Part shown: positions 12,311 through 23,666 of the stretch, in pieces
Numbering within the stretch: position 1 is the stretch's first letter
Layout of the letters: each line of letters begins with the position of its first letter
NCBI RefSeq assembly: GCF_006345805.1
Contig: NC_042999.1
Location: 19,964,001-20,028,000, forward strand
Length of the DNA: 64,000 nucleotides
Origin: Octopus sinensis
Taxonomy: Eukaryota
Direction: 5' to 3'
The notes under the pieces: generated by a model
Databases searched by the model: none
What the model was told of the DNA's origin: nothing
Seen by the model: only the letters and a program-made list of their open reading frames with translations
Position numbers and translations under genes: made by a program

Positions 12311-12843
12311 GCCGGCATATATTAAAGAGAGATATAAATATTGATAAATGTGTGTATGTGTATGTGCTTATATATACGCATTCACATGTGTGTTTGAGAG
12401 AGTATGTGTGTGTGTGTGTGTGTGTGTTGTGGACATAGACAGCTTTCTATAGAAACGTTCCAAAATAAATTTGTTAACTATGCCCTCAAGTTTCTAATTG
12501 CCAAACAGCTTTTCTGCCAACATTAACATCATTGCTGTTTGAAGCTTTAATATAGATGACTTATGGTGTTGAAAACAGAGTTGAATAAAAATATCAAAAA
12601 AATAAAATATATATATATATTTATTTATTTTTATATGGTTATATATGTGTATGATTATAACCTATAATTATTTATGTATTTAATGTACTTTAATGCTTGC
12701 ATTTTTGATATTTACTTCTATAGTACATCTCCATCCGTTTCATCTCCGATCATCACTTGTTGCCGCATTCTTAGATATATAGTTAATAACAGCCTTGTTT
12801 AGACCAGTGAAGTATAGAAAAATACTACACATACACATACATA

Positions 12844-13255
12844 TAGGCATAGGAGTGGCTGTGTGGTAGGTAGCTTGCTTACCAATCACATGGTTCCGGG
12901 TTCAGTCCCACTGTGTGGCAACTTGGGCAAGTGTCTTCTTCTATGGCCTCGGGCCGACCAAAGCCTTGTGAGTGGATTTGGTAGATGGAAACTGAAAGAA
13001 GCCTGTCATATACGTCTATATATGTGTAGGTGTGTATGTATTTGTGCATCTGTGTTTGTCCCCCGACATCGCTTGACAACCGATGCTGGTGTGTTTACTT
13101 CCTCGTTACTTAGCGGTTCAGCAAAAGACACCGATTAGAATAAGTACTAGGCTTGCAAAGAATAAGTCCTGTGGTTGATTTGCTCGACTAAAAGGCGGTG
13201 CTCCAGCATGGCCACAGTCAAATGACTGAAACATGTAAAAGAGTAAAGAAAGAGT
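12844..13255 (+). mobile_element. SINE family A
   Basis: taggcataggagtggctgtgtggtag...gggttcagtccc...gagtaaag. Confidence 0.9.
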
Positions 13256-13794
13256 ATAGGCATATGTACACATGCTAACTTTCCTTTTCATATCATGAAA
13301 GACATGGTTGTGCACTGAACATTAACAAATTGAATGATCTTCCATACAACATTACAAAAATCATAGCATCCTCTTTACTATTTAACTATTAACTGCTAAA
13401 TTCACTTAATTAATCACGAATTTCAGATACAACCACACATAAGAAATGGGTCTTGAATCAAGAATACAAGTTAAATATTATTGAATCCATGAAATTAGCT
13501 GTAGTTTCCTAATTAAATTTGAACTTCACTATCTAATGCAAAGCATTATCTTCTATACTTTATAACTAGGCTAATGTTATATTTTAAACATTAATGATGA
13601 AGTCAGAACAAACTTAAAATATAATTGAAGCACTAAACATAATTTCAGTAATCTTTTAATGGCCAGTACTTTCAATTAAATTCTTCGATTTATTTCTTAG
13701 TAAATTTGCCTCCTGTGCAATTCCATCACTAGACATTTCGTTTTAAATGAGGACAATTAGCTGTAATAATTACAGATCTGTGTCTGAAGTGGTA

Positions 13795-13801
13795 TGTACT
13801 G

Positions 13802-13833
<32 letters not shown>

Positions 13834-14084
13834 AGCATGTGTGTGTGCATGTATATGTGTGTCTATATGTATTATGTATGCCTGTATGTATACATATGTA
13901 TGTATGTATATATATGTATGTATGTATGTATATAATATATATATATATATATACACATATATTTATATATACATATGTATATATATATATTTATATGTAT
14001 ATATATATATGTATGTATGTATATATACATACACACAAATATATATATATATATACATATATTTATATACATATACATATATAT

Positions 14085-14171
<87 letters not shown>

Positions 14172-14193
14172 TATATGTATATATGTATGTATG

Positions 14194-14235
<42 letters not shown>

Positions 14236-14242
14236 ATGTATA

Positions 14243-14297
<55 letters not shown>
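13795..14297. repeat. (TG)/(TA)n microsatellite
   Basis: Visible directly. Confidence 0.95.
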
Positions 14298-14299
<2 letters not shown>

Positions 14300-14662
14300 G
14301 TAAATAATAACAAGGAGAAAAAGGAAGGCTTTTTATGAAGTTTAACAAATCAAAATAGTCAGGAACCGAAGCTGCCACTTCAAACTTAGACAGAGTGTCA
14401 TATTTAAAAGTGCTTTCGTGAGTGTATAAGTGTGTTCCTCTCTTTCGCATGATATTCTTAATTGTTTCTCATACATACACACACACACATATATGTATTT
14501 AGCAAATCCAAGGATGCTTCCTCTGTCACATTTATACAGATATCTTTGTCTACAGCTTGGCTAATTAGCACCAAGCCTGTCATTAATCCACCTGGAGACC
14601 TGAACAGTACAGTCACTCCTTATATAATAATGATAATAATAATAATTAATAATAATAATAAT

Positions 14663-14700
<38 letters not shown>

Positions 14701-15285
14701 GTAATAATAATGAAATTATTGTATACAGTGCTCAGGTGCACCACAACTTGTCAGAAAGTACATATAAAGTACATGCGGTAATGTAGAAATGTCTGGAAAG
14801 TGAACATGCTTGTGTGTGTATGGAGGGGAGAAAATCAAGTGTAGTGTTGGCGAATCTCAGGAAGCATGGAAGTCTTGAAGCATGGAAGTCTCTCTCTCTC
14901 ACTCTCTCTCTCGTTTCATGTCTCTCTTTTTCTAACACTGTGTATTTCTCTTGCTATCTTCGTTTTTTCCTTGCCATCTCTCATTCTCTCTCTTTCCCAT
15001 ACCTTTGAAAGAGCATAGACAATGAAGAACTTACAATAGAGAGTGAAGAACCGATTGGAATGTACAGTCGTCAAAGAATTACCAATAATAAATTGTCTTT
15101 TTCAAATTCAGTAAATATCTGTTTGCATGTGTGAATGTGTGCATGTGTGTGGTGTGCTTGTGTGTGTGTGCTTGTGTGTGTGTGTGCACATCAGTGATTG
15201 TGTGTATGGAAGAAGGACCTGTGTAAATAAAAAAAATGATAGAGTTTACACCAATTTTTCTTGTGGTTGAGTTTCATCATCATCA

Positions 15286-15672
15286 TCTATTTCTTTACTA
15301 CCCACAAGGGGCTAAACATAGAGGGAACATACAAACACGGACAGACAAAGGGATTAAGTCGACTACATCGATCCCAGTGTGTAACTGGTACTTAATTTAT
15401 CGACCCCGAAAGGATGAAAGGCAAAGTCGACCTCGGCGGAATTTGAACTCGGAACGTAACGACAGACAAAATACGGCTACGAATTTCGCCCGGCGTGCTA
15501 ACGATTCTACCAGCTCGCTGCCTTTCATCATCATGATCGTTTAACGTCTGCTTTCCATGCTAGCATGGGTTGGATGATTTTGACTGAGGGCTGGTGAACC
15601 AGATGGCTGCACCAGGCTCCAATCTTGATCTGGCAGAGTTTCTACAGCTGGATGCCCTTCCTAACGCCAACT
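15286..15672 (-). mobile_element. SINE family B (15286-15523) abutting a family C tail (15524-15672)
   Basis: Family-diagnostic motifs as in the other copies. Confidence 0.85.
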
Positions 15673-15852
15673 TCATAAAAATTCTTCCCCTCTATGTAAT
15701 CATAATGCTAACACCAGCTGCTTCTATATAGTGTCTTTCTAAATCTTTTAATTGCTGATCTAGTATTTCTTTAGCAGGTTGAATGTGAAACACAGAGTTT
15801 ATTTGGACTCACTGAAAATTCTTTTAAAAAACATATTCACTCAGCATATGTA

Positions 15853-16109
15853 TAGGTACAGGTGTGGCTATGTAATAAGAAGCTTGATTCCCAACCACAT
15901 GGTTCTGAGTTCAATCCCACTGTAAGGCACCTTGGGCAAGTGTCTTCTACTATAGCTTCAGGCCAACTAAAACCTTGTGAGTGGATCTGGTAGATGGAAA
16001 CTGAAAGAAGCCCATCATATATATATATATATATATATACATACAAGAGCTAATGGTGTCATTGAGACTCAAACGCCTTGGTTTTTTTTCATCTTATTAC
16101 GCAAAAATT

Positions 16110-16146
<37 letters not shown>

Positions 16147-16165
16147 ATGTATGTATGTATGTATG

Positions 16166-16199
<34 letters not shown>

Positions 16200-16673
16200 T
16201 GTATGTATGTATGTATGTATGTATGTATACATATGTATGGATATGTTTTTGTGTCTGTGTTTGCTCCCCCACCATTCTTTTCTACTGTAGGCACAAGGCC
16301 TGGAATTTTGGGTAGGAAAGCCAGTCAATTAGTATGCAACTGGTATTTAATTTACTGACCCCGATAGGATGAAAGGTAAAGTCGACTGCAGCGGAATTTG
16401 AACTCAGAATGTAAAGATAGACGAAATACCGCTAAGCATTTCACCCAGGATGCTAACGCTTCTACTAGCTCACTGCCTTAGGTCCCTGACCATCGCTTGG
16501 TAACCAATTTTGGTATGTTTATGTCCCCATAATAGTACCGGTTCGCCAAAAGAGACTGATAGGGTAAGTACTAGGTTTACAAAGAATAAGTTCTTGGGTC
16601 ACTTTGTTCAACTAAAGGCAGTGCTCCAGCATGGCTGTAGTCAAATGAATAAAACAAGTAAAAGAATAAAAGA
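15853..16673 (+). mobile_element. SINE family A interrupted by (ATGT)n and an antisense family B copy (about 16277-16480)
   Basis: A head 15853-16015; A tail resumes at about 16481 (ccctgaccatcgcttgg...gaataaaagaac). Confidence 0.75.
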
Positions 16674-16954
16674 ACAAAAATACATTTAACCAGAAAGATG
16701 CTTTACTACTTCACTATCAAAATATATCCGGAGGCCAAAAGATGAAAACTTGCAAGGTGAAAGTTACAAGAGAAACACATGAAGGTTGGCATTATAAGAG
16801 AACCAGTGTTTTGGTGAAAAAGTATTGAGGGCCGTGGTTAATGTAGGCCTCGTATGTGGACACAATATAAGTGATGAGAGAGATGATTAAGGCAAGAATC
16901 TCTGAATGGAGGTGACATGAGAATAGCAAGAGATCAGAGACAATTGCAATAATC

Positions 16955-17378
16955 CTTTCTATTTTAGGTGCAAGACCTGAAACTTTTGGGAAAGGTGGGG
17001 GTGGGGGCTAGTCGATTACATCAACCCCAGTGCATAACTGGTACTTATCCTATTGACCCTGAAAGGATAAAAGGTCAAGAATTTGAACTCAGAATATAAT
17101 GATGGACAAAATTCCACTAAACACTTTGCCTGGCATGCTAACAATTCTTCCAATTAATGGCCCAAGGTAATAATCTTTTCTGTTATAAACACAAGGACTG
17201 AAATTTGGGGTAAGAGAGACAGTAGATTATAGTGATCCTAGTACTTAATTTATTGACCCCAAAAGGATGAAAGGCTAAGTTGACCTTGGCAGAATGGGAA
17301 CTCAGAACACAACGACAGGCAAAATAGTACTAAGCATTTTATACAGTGTGCTAATGATTCTACCAGCTTGCCACCTTG
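16955..17378 (-). mobile_element. Two tandem SINE family B variants
   Basis: gaccc..aaaggat.aaagg...gaactcagaa...ctaagca motifs occur twice. Confidence 0.7.
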
Positions 17379-17475
17379 ACCAGAGGTAATAATGGCTGAC
17401 AAAGATGTTAATATTTGACTAATGTATGGAACAGGAAATGCATGTTTGTTACAAGTTCCGAGAATCTTGTTTCTC

Positions 17476-18042
17476 TTGGGTTGTCTGGAAAGTTCATGCC
17501 GATTTTTAAAGGAAAGAAAAAAGTCAATAAATACTTGCCATTACATTTTTATTCAACCAAATATGAACCATTTTCTTGCACAATGCGTCTCCATCTTTCC
17601 TTTAACTTGAAAATACCCTCTTCCCAGAATTGAGGTGGTTTCATGGCAAAGAATTCATCAAGGTATCTTTGTACGTCATCCAAAGAATTGAAATTTTTAC
17701 CATTAAGACTATTCTGCAGAGACCTAAATAAATGGAAATCCGAAGGAGCAATATTTGGTGAATATGGAGGGTGGGGGTAAGACATCCCAGCCGAGCTGCA
17801 GCAATTTTTGTCTGGTTCCCAAAGCATCAAGTGCCGAAAATGAACTTTCTTATCTTCCATTTTAAAGGGTTACAGAATTAACACAGGTTATAGGAACATA
17901 AACCTTCTTCCATGAAAAGATAGCTTAAACTGTGCTCTAAATGGAGGTGTAGTGAAATCCTATTTTATGGACTCAACCATGTTCTAAAATAAGTCGAAAT
18001 GTAAGCTACTATAAATCGGCATGAACTTTCCGGACAACCCAA
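17476..18042 (-). mobile_element. Internally deleted mariner element, 567 bp
   Basis: 30-bp TIRs 17476-17505 and 18013-18042 (ttgggttgtc[t/c]ggaaagttcatgccgattt); transposase remnants inside. Confidence 0.9.
17549..17860 (-). pseudogene. Mariner DD34D transposase remnant (N-terminal ~13 aa fused to the C-terminus)
   Basis: MEDKKVHFRHLML start; HPPYSPNIAPSDFHLFRSLQNSL is the YSPDLAPxD motif. Confidence 0.9.
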
Positions 18043-18596
18043 CACATATTTAAATTGTTGAAAAGAGGCAATAACATCTTTTTGTTTTGTTTTGTTTTTC
18101 TTTGTTGCTCTTCAGAAAAAAAATTATGCACCCAAGAACTATAATAAGTAGTGGAAAAATTTATTGATTAGAAAAATAATTGATGTTGAATAATTATAGA
18201 AATTAGTAAAGTATTGTGAAAACAACATGTTTTCCTTGAAAATTAGAAAAAATATAAGAGTAAGCTTTAATTAAAATTTTATATTTGTTTATAGTTTTGC
18301 AAGTTCAACATGAATTTAAACCATCTTTTGATGCAACACTTCCAAGTGATTCATCTTTCTTTGACCAACTGAAAATTATCAGCATTATTTTTTAGCCAAT
18401 TCATGTGATTTTATATATTGTGTATATTCATGTATAAGTTACATTTGTTTATATGATACACTCCTAATTTATATTAACCCCCCCGCTACAAAATCTTTTC
18501 TTTTCATAATTTTAGCTTTGCTCTGTGTGTAAGTCACACCCCATTTCTGCTATTACAATTCAAGAGTAAAGAACCACCCGAACGAAAAAAGCACCA

Positions 18597-18826
18597 CCCG
18601 ATCATGGCCGTTGCCAGCCTCCCCTGGCACCTGTGGTGGTGGTATGTAAGAAGCACCCACTACACTCACGGAGTGGTTGGCATTAGGAAGGGCATCCAGC
18701 TATAGAAACACTGCCAGATCAGACTGGGCCTGGTGCAGCCTCCTGGTTTCCCAGACCCCGATCGAACCATCCAACCCATGCTAGCATGGAAAACGGACGT
18801 TAAATGATGATGATGATGATGATAAT
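18597..18826 (+). mobile_element. Family C RTE-type tail
   Basis: gcacccactacactcacggagtggttggcattaggaagggcatccagc...(gat)n. Confidence 0.85.
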
Positions 18827-19544
18827 GAAAGCAGCATTACTTTTACACAAGTAAACAGATGTTTAAAAACACATGTAAAATCTGGGTGTGACAGGTAAAA
18901 AGAGATATAATTACTCCAAATACAAATTGGAAAGAAGGGTCCATAGTCTTGTCCTCCTAATAGGGTAAAACCCCCTTGTCATGAATGACCATGGGATTGC
19001 ACTTAGAAGGTTCACTCTGAGGCACAAGTCTTAGCAAGGAAGTCTGAACAAGGTGGTTTAAGGAAGATCAGCAGTCATCCATGCATACCCGCCTTCACTC
19101 TCCATGCTACCAATGTTATCCAAGGATTTGAAGGCTAAAACAATGTGAAACACATTGTGACCAGCGATGTGTAACAACCTCTGATAGCCTGGTCGGTCAC
19201 GGTGGTCACGGTGATATCAAACATACTACCTAGCCTGGTAATTATTTAATTGGCATCAATGTCCACCTGGCTGCAAAAGATATCACTGGAATGCAACCTA
19301 ATATAACAGTGGGTTTCTTTGATATATATGTATGAATATATATGTATACATATGTATGCATATACGGTTCTCTCCACACTATTGCATGTTACCAGATAAC
19401 AATGTTAAGGTACCGGCAAATCTGAGGAAATATAGAAGATACCAAAGGTGTCATAGTGTGTGATTTAACTTGGAAATGAGTGGTAGAAAATAGAACTATA
19501 TAACCAGAGAGAACCTAAAAATGAGCAAAGTTGTCTGCCTTCCC

Positions 19545-19970
19545 TTCATCATCATCATTTAATGTCTGCTTTCCATGCTGGCATGGGTTGGACGATTTGA
19601 CTGAGATCTGGCAAACAAGATGGCTGCACCAGGCTCCAGTCTTGATCTGGCAGTGTTTCTACAGCTGGATGCCCTTCCTAACGCCAATCACTCCAAGAGT
19701 GTAGTGGGTGCTTTTTACGTGCCACCGGCATGGGGGCCAGTCAGGTGAGCAGAATCGTTAGCACGTCGGGTGAAATGCTTAGCGGTATTTCGTCTGCCGT
19801 TACGTTGTGAGTTCAAATTCCGCCGAGGTCGACTTTGCCTTTCATCCTTTCGGGGTCGATAAATTAAGTACCAGTTAAGCACTGGGGTCGATATAATCGA
19901 CTTAATACCTATGTCTGTCCATGTTTGTCCCCTCTATGTTCAGCCCTTTGTGGGTAATAAAGAAATAGGT
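19545..19970. mobile_element. Family C tail (minus, 19545-19742) joined to SINE family B (plus, 19741-19970)
   Basis: Family motifs as elsewhere. Confidence 0.8.
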
Positions 19971-21564
19971 ACTGGCAATGATTTCGCTCGAATCTTTTTA
20001 CACATGCCACCAGCACAGGTGCCAGTGAAGCGATGTTTGTAGAATAAAATTCTCTGAAGGAAAGGAATAACAAAATGGATATGAAGTTCCAGCTGAGAAT
20101 ATAGTAATTCATACATTGTATAAAAACCACTGCATTGATAGGAACAAAGCTCTCAGTTCTTTTATCTAGTCTTATGAAAACCTGGGAGGATATAGGCAAG
20201 ACAGATCTGAGAGCTAACACAGAAATGCATAAAGCGGTATTGTATTGTAGACACATCAAACCCATGGTAGTCTTCCAAATTGATGTTAAATAGAAAAACA
20301 AAATATTGATGTATACGTTTTCTGGGGAAAACTGCAATAAAGAATCTTTCTTCTCCTCACAATGTGCTGTTCGTTAAATTCACTGTTTAAAAAAATAAAA
20401 ATGCAAAACATAAAACAAACAAAAAAAAAAGAACCAAATTGATTCCCAACAGATTTATCCTATCTTAGCAGTTGCTTCTCCTGTTTATATTTGGTGCTAA
20501 TATAATTATTTGCATCCAAGAGAAAGTTAAAAATATTTTCAAATCGTACCTTGGAATCTATATTTTATGCTATTCTGAGAACAAATTACATTTGGTTAAA
20601 AGTCTTAACCAAAAGATTCAGTGTATATAAATATTGTAGTTTCAGAAAGTCTTTGTTTTATGATTTCTTAGAGACAAGAAAACTACTTGTGATAAGATAT
20701 TTCTTCCTGTTCAATGAGATTTTCATTTGACTTCCAACTTTATCGGAAGTTTATTTTTAGGATGAGACTTGTAAGTGGGAATAGTAACTTATTTATCAAT
20801 AAAGGTTCATAAACCATATGTGACAAAATAGAATAAATCAATAGATTTTTGGTTATTCCTGACTGTGTTCTTGTATAATATACTTATTCTTTCTTTGGTT
20901 CTTTCTCGTAAAGCCTGCAGTGTTTACTGAACCTAATAAACATAGCGAGCATATGGATTTTGAAGATGGTTGCGGAGCATATTAATTGGTACTCTGAGAT
21001 AAAGAAGAAGCACAACAAATAAATAAATAAATAAATAAATAAAAGCATACAAGAACACAACACAAAAAAATAAGAATATTAGCATCAAAAACCAAAACAA
21101 AAAATAATTAATAACTAACTATATATGAAGACAAATCTGAAACGCAAAATTTTGTTCAGTCATTATACATCATCTCAACGATATAAATCTGTAATATTTG
21201 ACTTTCCACCTGCATCTGTATATTCTTCATTGATATGTTGTTTCCATGAAATTGTCTTTTTAAGCATAGTCTTTCGTTTTATGGAATATCAATGATTTCT
21301 GCTTGAGATTTCTCTACCAACTCACAGTATTTTTTTCAAACTTTAGATCAAATTGTTAATAACCAAACATCTAGTTGCTGATGTCGCTATTTAATATAAT
21401 ATATTGAAAATTATAGAGTTATTTAGAGGCAATCTTTTCACGACTAACAACAGAATCTCCGTGTCTGTTGCTGAGTAATGTCAATATATTTCATTGGCGT
21501 TTGATGGTTGTTATCACAGTGTATATTCTGTTGTAGAATCTTCTCTATTGCTCTCTTGGCAGAA

Positions 21565-22948
21565 GGCATCATCATCATCATGATCGTTTAAACTCCGTTT
21601 TCCATGCTGGCATGGGTTGGATGGTTTGACTGAAGTTTGGAGAGCCAGTGGCTGCACCAGGCTCCAATCTGATCTGGCAATGTTTCTACAGCTGGATGCC
21701 CTTCCTAATGCCAACCACTCCAATTGAAGGATGCGATATTTATGTGTAATTAGCTGCCAATCATTTCCATTTAATCATCATCATCGTTTAACGTCTGCTT
21801 TTCATGCTAGCATGGGTTGGATGATTTGACTGAGGACTGGCAAACCAAGTGGCTGCACCATGCTCAAATATGATCTGGCAGAGTTTCGACAGCTGGATGC
21901 CCTTCCTAATGCCAACCAGTCCGAGAGTGTAGTGGGTGCTTTTCGTGCCACTGGCATGAGGGCCAGTCAGGTGGTACTGGCAACAGCCATGCTCAAATGG
22001 TGTTTTTTACGTGCCACCTGCACAGGAGCCAATCCAGCAGTACTGGTAATGACCTCACTCAAATGTTTTTTCATGTGCCAGTAAGGTGATGCTGGTAATG
22101 ATCCCGCTCGAATGCTGCTTTTTACATGCCACCAGCACAGAAGCCAGTTTGCTGCTCTGGTAATGATCATGCTAGGATGGTGCTCTTAGTGCTCCACTAG
22201 CACAAATACCAGTCATCGAATTTGATTTTGATTTCACTTGCCTCAACAGGTCTTCACAAGCAGAGTTTAGTGTCCAATGAAGGAAAGGTACTCATAAGTT
22301 GGTTGATTACACCCCTGGCATAGGCCACGAGGTTATGGTTACATTTGGCTTGCCGGGTCTTCTGAAGCACATTTCTTTAAAAACATTTTCAAGTTAATTA
22401 TATACAGTAGGGATGAAATTTTATATTAGATTATATATTGAAATCAAAATCAAATTCGATGACTGGCATTCATGCTAGTGGAGTGCAAAGATCACCATAC
22501 GAGTGTGATCATTACCAGCATTGCCTTACTGGCACCTGAGCCCCATGCTAGTAGGATGCTAAGAGCACGACACGAGCATGATCGTTGGCAGAACGGCTAA
22601 CTGGCTTCCGTGCTGGTTCCACATAAAAGGCACCATTCAAGTGTGATTGTTACCAGCATCGCCTTACTGGTACCTGTGCCAGTGGCACGTGTAAAAAGAT
22701 TCGAGCAAGGTCATTGCCAGTACTGCTTGACTGGCCTCCGTGCCAGTGACACATAAAAGCACTCACTAAACTCTCGGAGTGGCTGGCATGAGAAAGGGCA
22801 TCCAGCTGTAGGAACTCTGCCAGATCAAGATTGAAGCCTGGTGCAGCCATCTGGTTCGCCAGCCCTCAGTCAAATCGTCCAACCCATGCTAGCATGGAAA
22901 GTGGACGTTAAATGATGAGGATTATGATGATGATGATGATGATGATGA
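21565..22948. mobile_element. Family C cluster: minus 21565-21725, minus 21775-22372, plus 22437-22948, with internal ~65-bp VNTR
   Basis: The 21775-22372 copy starts (minus) with gtgcttcagaagacccggcaagcc (VLQKTRQAK), which I interpret as an RTE-like ORF end; repeated gtggcac.taaaa..gcacc units. Confidence 0.75.
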
Positions 22949-23476
22949 TTGAACTACTTCTTCATGAATCATGAGTTCAAATTTACTACGAACATCTCAT
23001 TGCGTTCCTAAGCAGAAATGTGTACTTCGTTTTTAGTTCAAGGCAGTATTATGTACTGGCACGATTTGGGAACCAGGATGGCAGAGCTCCAGATAATAAG
23101 TTTACATTACGTCCATTTATATTCTATGTTCATATCCATTGAGGCTCACTCTGCCTTTCAACCCATCTAAGATCAATGGAGTAAATGCTGGTCACATAAT
23201 GATGATGTCTAAATAAACCACATCCCTGAAAATAATGGCCTTCATATAAATACATTTCAAAATACCCAGTATTTCCAAAAATGTTTGAAGATATTTCTTT
23301 CACTCAAGTAATCACGAATTTTCCATTTATCTACATTTCTATCCATCTCTCTTTCTAGTTCTTAATCTCTCCCACTCTCTCTTTCTTTCAAGTAAGTATT
23401 TAAAGGGAAAAATTTGACAAGTCAGTCAGTCACTGGCTGACACTCGCTGACGATTCATCGAAGAGGCCAGGGAACA

Positions 23477-23666
23477 GAAGAAAGAAGACATGCACCCAAC
23501 ACCAGAGCTGAAGTCACCTCCAAAAGGAGGGACCCCGCTATGTCAAAATGGTAGAGGAGTAAGGGCCGAAACCGGAAGTGGTTCCTCCTGATGATGTCTT
23601 CAGCTAACTGGATCCTATAAAGGAGCTCTTGTGGTAGCAGACCACGAAACACGGTTGTAATTCCTC
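23477..23666 (+). repeat. ~190-bp structured dispersed repeat (family H), copy 1
   Basis: Closely similar copy at 42314-42504. Confidence 0.8.

Noticed and set aside
12725-12765. Minus-strand gTGATGAtcggagatGAAAC as an HHR
   Set aside because: C3 is missing and there is no UH triplet or stem I
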